Made by a program: the position numbers and the translations under genes | NCBI GenBank assembly: GCA_011109175.1 | Contig: RDEW01000002.1 | Coordinates: 1,408,111-1,472,110, forward strand | Direction of reading: 5' to 3' | Length of the DNA stretch: 64,000 bases | Source of the DNA: Dicyema japonicum | Lineage: Eukaryota; Animalia; Dicyemida | Part shown: piece by piece, positions 1-12,593 of the stretch | Layout: the number at the start of each line of letters is the position of its first letter | Position numbering within the stretch: the stretch's first letter is position 1 | The notes under the pieces: generated by a model | What the model was told of the DNA's origin: nothing | What the model saw: only the letters and a program-made list of their open reading frames with translations | Databases searched by the model: none

Positions 1-261
1 AGTGATGTCCGCACCGGTTGGATGTGGGATAAAAGTGGAGGAAAGTAGAATTACTTCTCCACCTCTCTTCGAAAGCGGTGTTCTAGAAAGGGGGTATGGT
101 TGGTTTTTATTAATTTTGAGCTTCGTTTTACTATGTTCTTTTTGGGTAAGGAAGATAAACGTCCTCGTCTTCAGGGAGTCTGTTGATCAGTTTCGGAGTC
201 TTTAAAAAAAGAGTTGCATGAACCCTTATGGTAAAAATATTTTACGATCTCGTTCCATTTT

Positions 262-411
262 GGTTCNGGGCTAAAGTGACTTAGGTTACGGGTTCGATTA
301 TCGCTGCTATTCACCTGGTGGAAGGTTCCACGCATCTACGATGCAGAAAAGGTTTGACGAGTGACGCCGTCATCAGTGGATACTCACTGCGGAACTGGAT
401 TGTCTATAAAG
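262..411 (+). mobile_element. SINE family copy (partial)
   Basis: B-box GGTTCGATT, then the core GGTTCCACGCATCTACGATGC...CACTGCGGAACTGG, near-identical to 57570-57690. Confidence 0.75.
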
Positions 412-414
412 AAT

Positions 415-880
415 TTTTCGTGTAGCGATCCGATTCCCTAGACGACTCAAAAATTCCAGCGTTTCAGGCGAAAGGGAACCAGACGTCTCAACGGCGAGTA
501 GAACAAACAAAAAAATCCTTGGACAGGAGCGCGTACTTTTCCCGTTTCATCTTCTCGGCTTTTTCATCGGCAGATCAGGCTCTAGAGGCACTTTGGACTA
601 GGTTTCAAGAGGCAAATGTGTCGATGCAAATAACGTCCCAGACAAGAGGTTTCCCGGCTTCAAAAAGGAAGATTATCATCCCGTCTGGTCGTTTCCCGTT
701 CCGCCTGCAAAGGCCGACAGGTTCGAGCATGGAGGGGTGTCCGGCAGCGTCCAAAGATCGTCTAACGACTTGAGGGAATTGTTAAGACTCTTCCTGCAGG
801 AGAGAGGGTATAGGCCAAAACAGTCGATCTTGTCTCCGCATCAGCACGGATGTGGAACACAGACTTTTAATCCCAGATTA
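415..880 (-). mobile_element. CRE-like non-LTR retrotransposon, RLE-domain fragment
   Basis: Minus strand translates to CGDKIDCFGLYPLSC...LEPVGLCRRNGKRPDGMIIF...LVWDVICID; disrupted. Confidence 0.85.
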
Positions 881-998
881 TTCACTACTTTATTATTTAT
901 ATAACTTTAATTAAATAAACCTGATATTTTTGTTTACGACAAAATAAATAAAGAAGTAACCTTAATCGAAGTGAACATTATCTCAAAAGATTGACTAA

Positions 999-1421
999 AA
1001 GCAAGTTGAAATTGAGAAGCTTCACAAATATGACTCGCTTGCAAATGAACCTTCGCTACTCTATGAAAGCCAAGTGAAGATTATTTCAGTGGTTTTGACA
1101 TGGGAAGTTGTCTCAAGATGCATCAAGAATCATTTGGATAAATTATCTATTGAAGAATCAACGAGGACTTACATCCAATCGGTTGTGCTGAAGAGAACGC
1201 TCGAAAGTATGCTCACTGAACATAAGCATGGGATGAAGGTATACGATGAAGAGTACGCCTCTGCTACCTCCCAACTTGTGGAACTGGCATGCCGTGAGGA
1301 CAGCCCACTGGACTCTAACGAAAATATTTTGACTGAATCTGATGTGGAGATGGGAAGTAACAGGGAGTTTATGGCACACTCTTCTCATTTTCGATATAAT
1401 TTATTGTTCAATCAGATATAG
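999..1421 (+). CDS. Hypothetical open frame of about 140 codons, unknown product
   Basis: Stop-free frame extends upstream of ORF 1074-1421; no motif recognised. Confidence 0.2.
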   Translation, partial: KQVEIEKLHKYDSLANEPSLLYESQVKIISVVLTWEVVSRCIKNHLDKLSIEESTRTYIQSVVLKRTLESMLTEHKHGMKVYDEEYASATSQLVELACREDSPLDSNENILTESDVEMGSNREFMAHSSHFRYNLLFNQI

Positions 1422-2749
1422 TGTATTTAAAATTTCAGTTTGTTTTCATTTTTAGTGCTTCCGTCAATTATTTCGTCTTCTTCAGAATTCATTATTTCGA
1501 ATCATTGATGGATTTTTCGGATCTAGGAAGATGAGCCACAGAGGACCGGGCTCATTCCGACTGGATTTCCATGACAACTTCTACGTGTCCACCTAATTGG
1601 AGACTGTGAATGAGACCTATCCCTTTAGTCATGACAATCACCTTTTCAAGACAATCTTAGAAAAATCGTCTGAGATTGTTTTCATGAACCTTTCTTTCTG
1701 GGTGAAAGAGACGACCTTTTGGACTACCTCCAGGAGATGGCTCCTTCAGTCACGAAGGTTACCCAAATGACCAGAGGATCGCAGGCCATGCCAATGGTGA
1801 AGGCCTCGATCAATAGTAAATCGGAGGCCACATCACTAATACGCTGTGGCTTCTACATAGGAACGAACAAGATCTCTTGTGAGTGGATGAGAAGAGGACC
1901 GCAGACATGTTAATAAACGCTTCTTTCAATGTCTCCTACAATAATTCCTGATATGGCTTATAAACCTGATTATATCCACCAAAGCTTTTGTAGTTTTGCT
2001 AAATTGTAATATAACAGTACAGAACACGGTGAGAGATATTTCTGAGATATTGAAAGGAATGAGTTTAAACTAAAATAATACGTATTATTCAGTTTCTAAA
2101 GTTCTTCCATTAGGAAATAAACCGAAACGCTAGATTCCGCTTCTGTGAAAATCGACCTCTCCTTTGAGGACTTGATGAAGTTGCTTTGACTGGCTAATGA
2201 TTTGACCACTATCTGCCAAACACGTGGAAGCACACACCTTTTAGGACAGCATCGTTGGAACGTTCGTATATAAGGGAGAGCGTATGAACGTGTTCTGACC
2301 ACGTGAACGCTCATTACCGCGGTCTTTCAAACTGACGCCATTGACAGAAATAGTTAAAGAAGTTCATCAACGTCATCGCTCTTATTTTGACTTGATCGAA
2401 TAGTTTAGGGGTGAGGTACGTCTATCACACAAAATGACTTAATCTTCTCAAGATGGACTAGACATTTAGTTTCAATTCTTATGTTAATGTACGAACTGGT
2501 GGGTTTGAAAATATTGGATATACAAAAATTCAGAACGAGGTCGTCAAGTAACAATGATCTGGGTTCATAGATAGTATTGGCTTTATTGTCTTTTTATGAT
2601 TTTTATGGTTTTCATCATCGAAAATTAACATTTTAAGAATTCCATTAATACTTTAAGCAACAAAAAACATGAGTTGTAGCATTATATAATAATCCAGTAG
2701 TTTTATTCATGCATCCATCTCCTCCAGTTATCCCAGTTCCAAGGTGGAC

Positions 2750-4142
2750 GAAGAAAAATCATTCGCTATTTCCCGCTCAACTGAAGAGGTTCATATATCT
2801 ATTAGGACTGGATGAGTTTTTTAATAGTTTTGGGTGGATTTGTTCGATATTAAAAGGTTTCTGATTATGTGATTTTGGGGATTGGATACATTTGATTAGC
2901 GGTTCCTATTACTTGAATCTATTAACTACACACATGCAGAGAACATTCACTAATCTCCAAAGAACAAACAGGAAAATCCCACCTCGGGCAAAAGACAAAA
3001 CCTGAACTAAAAATATACATGAATTTGTATCTACGACCCATCGGAGAGAACAGATACAGGAGCGTAGACCTCCTGAGAACAAGCTGATTTGTTAATCGTT
3101 GACGCAGAGTGTGAACCTCCAAATGGCACAACCATATTCAATAGTCTTATGGTGTTATGGGCTTTTCCTAGCAATTACATTGAAGATATTCAACCTCTAG
3201 TCTTTTCGTTAGGAGTTGGTCTGAGGCCCTTGTAAAGTTTATCAGTTTGTTGTACGACTTCATAGGATATTAGGATTCTTTGAAATGGCTATAAGCACAT
3301 ATCCCGGAAGAAGCTAAAACTGAAACAATCCGATGTGAATAGAGTGAAGCTAGAGAGTTGTGCCTAAACTACTGCGATCGCCAGGGAGAGGCAAGCGTTC
3401 CTAGAGGCAGTGATAAAATCGTCTGCATACAACAAGAATGTTGGAATCCTCAATCTGGTGAACGTCATGAAGAAATAAATTAAACAAAATGTAGGGAACT
3501 CTGTAGGACTTCATTTGATATCATTCATTATATCTACCTGCTTTTTTCCACGAATAATCTTCCATGCCCTCCTGACAGGAAGTTTTCTAACCAGAGTTTG
3601 AGATTATGGTGAATATTAGTATCAAAATTTTTTGTTAGGTGTGTCACGAGACAGAATAAAAACCCTTTTTTTTTTTGTCGTGTTTTTTTTTGAGACGGTT
3701 CCATATGGGGTCCTAGATCATTAAAGACATCCATAATAATTTGAGATAGAGTTGACAGGAGCGTCTTCATATTCGAATACTATGTTGGAAGATGGCCCTG
3801 GCAATTAGGGAATAATCGTCATGAACTAATTTCTCTAACACTTATAAAGGATTGCGCGTCAGTGAAATCGGACGAAACTAGGATTGGCCATTCTTAGATT
3901 TTCAGGGTTTTAAAAATTGGATAATGACTGAATTCTTTCAGATGTTAGAAGGAGTGTGCACAACTGCCGAATAGTTGTGTATGTCTGTGAGTATCAATCT
4001 CGCCTCTAGCTCCAAGTGTTTCAAATGACTTAAAGACACTCCATCAGGGCCACAGGGACGGGAGTTTCGTAGCGAGAAAACGCCCCCATACTTGTTCGGC
4101 AGTAAAAAATATCATGTTAGGCGGTTCGTTTAGTTCTTAATG
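2750..4142 (-). mobile_element. Degenerate APE-type LINE RT region (Jockey/I-like)
   Basis: Minus-strand motifs PCGPDG (~4050), FRPISLT (~3870) and LLYADD (~3425); many stops and frameshifts. Confidence 0.7.
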
Positions 4143-4510
4143 GTTTTATTATAAGGAAAAGAATAGTTAATTTTAATTTTAATTATTCAGCTGTTGGGAG
4201 ATGCATAAGCTATTCCCACGGACAACAGCCAACGAGAGCCTCTCCTTGAGCCATATCGTCTCACTAAGATCACCAGTTTTGTCGGATAGTTGTTTTCCAA
4301 GATGATTCAGAAACTTCAGCGTTTTAGGGCCAAAGTTCCCCGAAGTTTCAATCGCAACAGGTGCGAAAATATACCTGTCGCTGATATCCGAATACTTAGC
4401 ATTTTTCATTTCCCTCTGCTTGAGAAGAAGGTCTGCCCGTGAATTATTTTTTTTGCTTGGGGCGAAAGAGCAGACACAGATCACATCCCATACAAGGTTT
4501 CGCCCTTGTT
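4143..4510 (-). mobile_element. 5'-truncated CRE-like element inserted into a LINE, with about 50 bp TSD
   Basis: GRNLVWDV...FAPVAIETSGNFG...RLSLAVVRGN; direct repeats at 4091-4142 and 4505-4550. Confidence 0.85.
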
Positions 4511-4667
4511 CGGCAGTAAAAAATATCATGTTTTCGTTTAGTTCTTAATGAACGAGTGTTGATGCTGAAAGGTTTTGGACGTTTTTTATTTATTTATAAA
4601 TGATTGATACATAAAATTTAATTAAAATTTAAAAGTTTAACTATTTATAATTTGGTTTTTAATAAAA

Positions 4668-5520
4668 ATGGTGTCGTTCCAACGACAGCCAAGTTGTTAA
4701 CCTTATAATTAAGGATCTGGAGGAGTCCCCTTGATGGGCATGGATTGGCGCATCAGACAAGATTTGAGTGCTCTATAGACACTCAAATAGTCATCGGCTG
4801 AGGATAAGAAGCATTGTGAGGAGTACAGTCGCATCCTACAGGCGGACCCTTCCAAAGTCAGTTTCAAGGACTAGAAAAGAGTTCTTCCTCAGCTAGCTAC
4901 TTTGGGTGTGGAAATCACTATGCGGAGATCCAAGTAGTGGATTAATTTACGACAAATTTCTTCCTCCAAGATGGGGATCGACAGATTAAGCCAAGTCTGT
5001 GTGATGATCCACATTGGAAGTCGAAGACTGGATCACCAACTCTCTACTGTTAGTTCTTTGATTCAACCAAGATGCTCTGGTTCAAGTGGATAAGTCTATG
5101 AGAATAGACCAGATTGATGTGATTGACCTTCTACTACCATGTGCAAGATCAGTTCAGAAGAAGGTCAGAAATATTTAAAGGCGATGGCTGCAGCGGCAAA
5201 CTATTCCTTGATGAACCAATCTTTGATGACCTTTCTTATGCGCAGATTTTGTTTTCAGTCATTCGAAGATCTCTACAAACAGTTTGATACTTCCAGAAGT
5301 GTAGGACATGCACGTGGTATATGACGTCTCGCATAACATCGCTAAAATGGAGGAACATGTGGTTGATGAAAGACGGGTGCAGATTCTGGTCTATCGGAAG
5401 GGATCAGCCCGACCCTTTCCGCCTCATCATCCTATGATCCCTGTTGATTACCAAGTTTTCTAGAGTTTATATTTGTAGTTGAATGGCTAGCCCAGGACGA
5501 TGGCCACGTGCAGCTATNTT
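4668..5520 (+). pseudogene. rtcB: RtcB tRNA-splicing ligase, internal fragment, disabled, with tiny introns
   Basis: [89 protein letters not shown] all match eukaryotic RTCB. Several in-frame stops and frameshifts; clean 24-nt intron at 5455-5478. Confidence 0.9.
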
Positions 5521-6619
5521 CCATTGATCATTTCTTGTGAATTTTTATAACTGCTACGTATTGACGTACCAACATCTTGGTTCTAAGTGGGCTTGTGTAT
5601 GACTTTGGAAAGATTCGTAAGTTGCAGATATTTTAATTAGTTGATTCTATTGTATCAAACGAAATGTACAATTAGCTTCATGATTTATGGAAATTTCATA
5701 TTCCTTTTTTCTATTGAGCATTGACTAGGTTAAGGATTCGGGAGATTTAGGAAACATAAAATTCCGGTTCGAATTTCTTCCAGCCCAAAATTAAAAGAAC
5801 TCTAAATATCACCAGTGATGCTGATAGTTAATATTATTCTGGCCATGAGTATTGCGTAGTGTTCAAATCTCGGACAAAATCCAAATGTTCGAATCTTGGT
5901 GCTGTCCATCCCGACAGAAGGTCCAACCCACATATGGTGGTTCTTGTTTTGACAAAGGACGTCATCATCATTGATACCTAACTCGGTACCAGATTGTTTA
6001 CAAGGGCTCACACACAACAACAAAAAAAGTTAAGAACGTGCTTTATTCATTTTTTCAAGTTTAGTTAAAATAACTACGTGACCTTACTCGAAAATAAAAT
6101 GTGTGTCTTACCCATACGGTGCTATAAGTACCATGGCTTTCATTATGCTCACCAAGAGTTTAGCATACTTCCAGTACTTCAAAATTTCTAGCTTCCCAGA
6201 GCTCAACTGGTATTGGCAACACTCTGAAGCAGGTTATTTGACGCGAAATTGTTCATATACGTGACATTCCATACTAGGTGCATCCCAGCAGCGAAAAAAG
6301 ATGATTATTATATCTGCCATGTAACTGTCAGTATTCCAAGTTTGAGATTAATACACGAAATCTCATATTGTCAATTCTCAATTGTTCACTCACTACAAAT
6401 CTATCCGTAATAAAACGGCTACGTGACTAGTTAGAGATACACTTTCAAGAAAAGATCTTAAAATGTTGAGTAAAATCTCGACGAAAGGCAAACACATGAA
6501 GCACACGAAAAAAGAAATGCAAGGAGCGAAATTTCGGCCAAAGATTTGAGGCCTAGATCATCTTGAAAGGTCCGGAGATTGCACTGTCTCAAGCCTAGAT
6601 CGTTGAGCTAAATAAAAAA

Positions 6620-7215
6620 ATTCCCTCCACTAAGGATTTGAGTTGATGGTGTTTAGGATGTCCCTGTGCTTAAAAAATGACGAGTATTTCAGAACAAAGA
6701 GTAAGAAAGACAATTTTTCAGCAGGAAGAACCCATGGTGAATCAAGGATCCTTAGCATAGGAAATGCTAAGCATCGTCGATTCAACCTTAAAATCCTTTG
6801 TGTTTCTCTGATATAGAGTGTAGAAGAGAGTCCTTCGAGGAAAGAGCTCTCCGTCGTCGCCAAAACAAATCTTAAGAAATTAAAATTCATCCACTTCCCG
6901 ATCCTTTATCCCGTAAACTGATCTTTAAAGCTCCGGCAACGAAAACTAAATCTTGGGCGGATATAGAGATGTTGATAATCAAAGACTCCTTAGAGTTGTT
7001 AATGACATGGAGGTCTTTCAAGACGGAGTCATAAGGGCCTCCACGTCATCCATATACAATACGTTGAATAGAGAAAGCACATTGCATGCGACATCATCCA
7101 CAGTCAGATCAAATAGGAGTGCTCCAAGCACACTATTCTCTAAAGAGAACACACAACATTATCTTCGAAGACAACTCTGCTGTCCGAACCATACGCTAGG
7201 GTAGCCAATATCCAT
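6620..7215 (-). mobile_element. CRE-like RT fragment
   Basis: LAYGSDSRVVFED...LGALLFDLTVDD...FNVLYMDD, then a KHRDIL segment like other CRE copies in the window. Confidence 0.6.
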
Positions 7216-8890
7216 AGAAGTGGTTTGGCTCATGACTTCAAGGCCAGCATTCTCGGCTAAGATCTTCAGTAGTCGTTTATCTGCATTGATTTTGTAGCAC
7301 CCGTAACTCACGTTCTTAGTATTTAGGTCACCCACTTGTATACCCATCGCATTTTGCTCAAAGAATTTGTTAATGTCTGTAAAACAGTCCCTTATGTCCT
7401 TCGAATATATACCCCCTATATTTATCCATCATCCGCAGAAACGTACTACAATAGACACGAATTCGCACTGTGAGGCCGAGATGATGTTAGGATTCCATAC
7501 TTGTAAGTCATCACGGTAGAAGAGGGAAGTTTCCGTGCCACCCATAGCACCGTCTTCCCATAGTATATTTATCGAGTAGTATCCGTCCATAGTGTGAGTT
7601 TGAGTCTTCTTCACTTTTGTCTCGTTGACCAGCAAAACGTCAACCTTGGTGGTCGTCGAAAGTAGTGCCAGATCACGATGCCTTTTCCCTAGGAATCGGG
7701 AATTCACCAAAACTATCTTCAGACCTCTCGTTAATTACTTTTTAAATGACCTGGGATCTCCATTGCCAGGTTTATCCACTCCCAGGATAGCACTAAGCTC
7801 CTGCAATCTTGAGATTATATCTCTCAATTCTTGGAGAGATCAGACTGACGATTTATCAGTATGCTCGTCCTCGTTCAATATTTCAAAGGATTTCACAACT
7901 GGTGAATCAATTCTCATGAAATCAATAACATACATCAATAGTAAAGAAGGCGGATTGGCATTCAAATACGAAAGAAATTTTGAGAATCCACTTTCCTCCG
8001 GCCATGCATGACAGAGTTTATATTGAAGGAGAGGGAACCAGAAATCAAATGGGTCCAGTCCTCCACATATTCATTAGTTTCCAGAACGACCCCCTGAGAC
8101 TTCTATGGACATTTCCACAGAATTTTTTCTCGGGAGAAGACATTGAGAAAATGAAAACATATTTTTTCATTCCAAATTCACTCAGATTCTGATTTATAGG
8201 TAACCTAAAACCTTACTGAATGTCCCTGAGTAATATCGGTTCCTCCACTGTGAACCACAGGAAGGCTTTCATTATTTTTCTTTTTAAGGTTTTTAAAATA
8301 ATTAAGATAGTTCGACATATCCATCATCTTAGTTTCGTCACTAAAGAGTTGTTAAAAATGCAGTACCTAGTTAAATTCTTAACAATTTAATCCACATTGG
8401 AATAGACAGTTTCACTGAAAGACATCAAGACTAATACTCTAAATGTATCATGTCACATGGCAGATTGATCTAATTGATTTGAAAAAAAACAGTTTTTAAT
8501 TTATAAAATACAATTTTTATAGAAATTTTTTGGGAAGTTTACGTGTTTGGACGGATTTGCTATAAAATGTCAATAATCTGTTTGCCAACTATGGCAAATG
8601 TCCGTCATTCGCACAAGATACTATATTTGCCATGTATTATTAATTGACGTTTCACAACTTGCCTGAATCCTCTCGAATTTTTATGACTTTAAAAATAGCA
8701 ATTCCTCATTCAGATGTCAGTCGAATATTCTTAATTATTTACCTCACACGTAACATTGAGTTGATTATCAAATACAAAATTCATAATGCACTGAAAATTT
8801 TGTTTTTTTTATTCTTCGCATTATGTTATGTTTATTTCCTTTTGGAACTAGGGTCTTCACCTATTCTCTTTTCTGAGATTTGTCCATTTC
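7216..8890 (-). mobile_element. LINE 5' region (upstream/ORF1-like plus APE endonuclease); inverted near-identical copy of 37455-39122
   Basis: VNSRFLGK...VDVLLVNETK and QVGDLN APE motifs; reverse complement matches 37455-39122. Confidence 0.8.
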
Positions 8891-8974
8891 TGTAATAGTT
8901 GATAATAACATTGCATACATTATATTATTTTGATTTTTTTAATCACAAGAGAATTTATTTTTAAAATTATTAAT

Positions 8975-10740
8975 AACTAGGACGACAGATTGGCGAAGGT
9001 GTTACCTCTGATAATCGCCATTTCGAGCCTCTGCCTCAACCAGAACCTCTCCCGTGGCTCACACTTTTTTGAGGCCAGTTTGCTTCCAATGCTGAAGAGA
9101 AAGCCGTCCATCTTTGCTCCCACGGTTCCAGTTGTCTCCACAGCAATGGGGGTGAAATGGTATTAGTCTTCGAGGGATTCGTACTTGCGGATCTTCTTGG
9201 CCTCCGCCTGGTCGGGTATTTCTCCAGGAGAGTGCGTCGCCGTCAGCGGTCTGGACTCTGAGAAGGTTTCCACATACGTTGCATCCTAGACGAGTGATTT
9301 TCCGTGGGAGTATGGGAATAACGTCATGCCATCCGGCCTATTCCCGTCGCCTCTGTCTAAGCCCAAAGAAGCCCAAAAATTGGGCCGGAAATCCCGCGGC
9401 CTTGAGGGCTCGAAAAAAGATGTCATTGAGGGCTGCGTGACGCGGGGCTCGACCAGCGTTTCGTCGACAAGAGAGTGGATGTAAACCTTTCGTATCAACG
9501 TCCCCGCCGCAACGGCATTTGTGTCTCTGGCATATGCCCAGTCCTAGGCGCAGTGCCACCCCGATCCTCAGGCTGTTTTCGTCAAAAAAGGTCCCCAGAT
9601 GTAGGTACGGTAGGGCCTCGAGTCAGACTCCATTTCCGCGATGTGCGGCCGACTTAATGCTTGCTAGTCGGTGTTGGTTGGCGCTTGTCTTCGCGGCCTC
9701 CAGAGTGCTCATACATTCAATTGATTCCCAACTCTTCTGGCAAGAAATGTTCGACGTGAATTCCAAACCCAACTCTTTTCACAACTTGCTAACTCTATCA
9801 AGCTCCGAGTCCAAGGTATGTCTGGTTGCGTTACGTAGGACTGCTTGGACTAAGCGACTGCAGCTCGCAAGGAATGAAAAGTAGGCAGGCAGGGTGGCCT
9901 CAAAGGGGGATCTTAACCCAATACCCCAATTTCTCACAGGTAGTTTGCACATTGTCCAGCCCAGATCATCGAATTTGACATTCAGTATTGACTCCGCCGA
10001 TCGTCTCAGAATCTTAATGCTCTACGGTGTTCAAAACATGGTGAACATTCAAAATGTACATCATCTTGACATGGAAATAATTTCTTGAACAAGAAGAAAG
10101 ACACATATGGATTCAAAGATGATACTCTCTTTGTAAAGGCTTCAACTTGATTATCCTTACTGGTAAGGCAGTGTCCAGCTTGTCGTTTCCGAGAGGGCAG
10201 CCGAAGAAGTGTGCTTTGTCCAAGGAGGATATGCTGAAACCTGGAAGTAGGGATCTGATTCTTGGCAGGCAGTAGAAAAGCTTGGAATTTCATAATATTG
10301 ACACTTAAACCCAATCGATTTCATAACATTGACACTTAAACCCAATCGATTTCATAACATTGACACTTAACCAATTCCTGATATACATTCTCCCATGGGC
10401 CAGCTATTGTGGCGTCGTCCAAGTCCCACAGGTTGAGTTCGCTGTTTATGTTTCGTGCCACTGTGTCAATTGTCATTGCAAAAAGCAAAGGCCCTAGAGG
10501 GCCACCATGCTGAACGCCTATGCGTGAATAAACGATATCGCTTCCGTAAACTAAGGCAGAGTCCGTCCCATACGATAAATGTCCACGTGACCAGTCTCTG
10601 GAGCTCTCTTCCGACAGGTTTCCAAAATACAGTCTCTCCTCAGCGAGTTGAAAGCATTTGATATATCAAGCTTCAGGCTTAGCCTTTGGGTCTGGGAATT
10701 ATTGTTGTTGAAGAAACTCCCCACGGCGTGGACTGCTGCC
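8975..10740 (-). mobile_element. CRE-like non-LTR retrotransposon (RT plus RLE), degenerate
   Basis: WDLDDATI RT motif, HKCRCG..DTKGLHPLSC zinc knuckle, RPDGMTLFPY RLE motif. Confidence 0.9.
10289..10372. repeat. 31-bp tandem repeat, about 2.7 copies, inside a CRE element
   Basis: TTCATAAYATTGACACTTAAACCCAATCGAT repeated head to tail. Confidence 0.9.
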
Positions 10741-11111
10741 TATAATATTTTTTGATTAAAAATCACATTTTTATAAATTTTGAACAATTTTAAAGAACAT
10801 ATGAATTTTTGACTTTATAGACAAAAATCGTCCTAGTCATAGGAATAGTCACTAGGAATAGTTCTAGGTAAATTCATCGCCTGTAAATTCAAGGATTAGT
10901 GGTTCCTAGATAGAAAAGGTCGAAATTTTTGATTTTTGTATATTATCGTTAGAATGTGATTTTGGAGGTTACATCCGCTAGAGGATGCACAGAGGCAATT
11001 CCCCAAGATAGAAGAATTCGAAAAGTTCTAAAAAGTGTTAAAATGGACTACGTGGGTACGTCTAATATATTTATTATTTTTTGGAGATAAACCAATTTTA
11101 GTTAAACGAAA

Positions 11112-12295
11112 GCAAGTATTTATTTATAACAATAAAATCGTTCTAAAGTCCAGCGGATATGATCGAGTGGCTGTTACCTCTGACTACTGCCAGGGATATC
11201 CTTTGGAAAAGCCACTCGGTTTCCCGACGCTCCTCGAGGCTTTGGTCAATAGACACCCAAGTGCTCTAAGGAAAGAGACCGTCTTGGGGCCAAAGACTCC
11301 GCTCGTCTCGACGACCACTGGCTGTACATGGAAACGGTTTAGGAGGCTGCTGTATTTCTTTATTTTTGAGTTTTCATATAAACGGGCGGCCTCTCCCGCT
11401 TTCATTGCCGACCTCAAAAGTTTCGACTGGGAAAAGCTGTCAGTACAGGCAGCATCCCAAATTAAGCATTTGCCCCGAGAGAAGGGGAAGACAGTAATTC
11501 CATCGGGTCGCTTCCCATCATCCCTACTCAAGCCCGTTGGCTCTAGAATGGATGGGTATCCCGCCAACTCGAGGGCGCGCTTCACCACTTCATTTATAGC
11601 CTTGTGTCTAGCGAATCGACCTGCGCTTTTTCGACAGGAAAGGGCATGATGTCCATAGCAGTCGACCTTCCGGCCGCATCGGCACTCATGGGTTGACAAA
11701 CTTTCATCCAAGTCTGATGGAGACTCCGGTGCGGACCGTTTCATCGTCTAGGTGAGTTCCCACGTTTCCAATGGGTAGGGCATTGATCCAAGCCCCGCTC
11801 CACTCGCATCTTGCAGTTAAAAGACAGGCTCGTCGGTGTTGGTTAGATATTTTCAAAAGCCTCTCGTATTTATCCTCGCAAACAGACTCATAAAGGTCTC
11901 TCTGCCCGAGTTGTTTGACTTTAGGGTGTACCAAATCTTCGATCTTTGACGACTCTGATGGGAGCTGGAGAATCATCATGATCAAATTCTGATTGGAGTC
12001 CAATGAGGATTGATATGCCGGGTGTGCTAAATCAGATGGTGAGAGAATTCCGAGTCCACCAAAGCGAACGGGCAAAGTTGCTTGTTCCCATCCTTGTTCG
12101 TCGAATTCGACATTAGTAATACGTTCGGTCGTAGACCGGAATAGGGAGTCAATCGCCCCGAGTTGTTGCATTTTCAGGTAACATGGAGCTCCTCGAAGGA
12201 CGTAATTTAATTTCTGCGTGGATAAAGCGTTTTTCATGAGAAAAAGAGAGGTATGTGCATCCAGCATCCCAAGGCGTAAAAAAGTTTTTCTTAGT
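11112..12295 (-). mobile_element. 5'-truncated CRE-like element with about 59 bp flanking duplication
   Basis: ORFs 11704-12267 (LPVRFGGLG) and 11184-11744 (CRCG, HALSC, KRPDG, LIWD); direct repeats at 11053-11111 and 12301-12360. Confidence 0.9.
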
Positions 12296-12520
12296 TCTGT
12301 TGGGTAGGTTCTAATATATTTATTATTTTTTGGAAATAAACCAATTTTATTTAAACGAAAAAACTAAAAGTTAACAAATGCTGGCTGCTCTCATAATTGA
12401 AAACGCATATATTATTTGACGATTTGCATGTATATTCGTTCAATGAGCCAGCTCCTTTCTTTCTGTGATATATTGATTATTATTTCGAGGCAAGCAACAA
12501 CTCACGAAATCAACAAAAAA

Positions 12521-12593
12521 TGCCCCGAGTGGGACTCGAACCCGCGACCTTCGCGTTATTAGCACGACGCTCTAACCAACTGAGCTACAGGGC
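12521..12593 (-). tRNA. tRNA-Ile (anticodon AAT)
   Basis: GCCCTGTAGCTCAGTTGGTTAGAGCGTCGTGCT-AAT-AACGCGAAGGTCGCGGGTTCGAGTCCCACTCGGGGCA followed by a T6 Pol III terminator. The acceptor 5' strand is 1 nt short and the T-stem has one mismatch. Confidence 0.88.

Noticed and set aside
10289-10372. CRISPR-like repeats
   Set aside because: Head-to-tail duplication with no spacers, inside a eukaryotic retroelement.
11035-11649. Long ORFs antisense to TEs (also 519-773, 33089-33511, 49211-49429, 60005-60406)
   Set aside because: Shadow frames of RT/RLE coding sequence.
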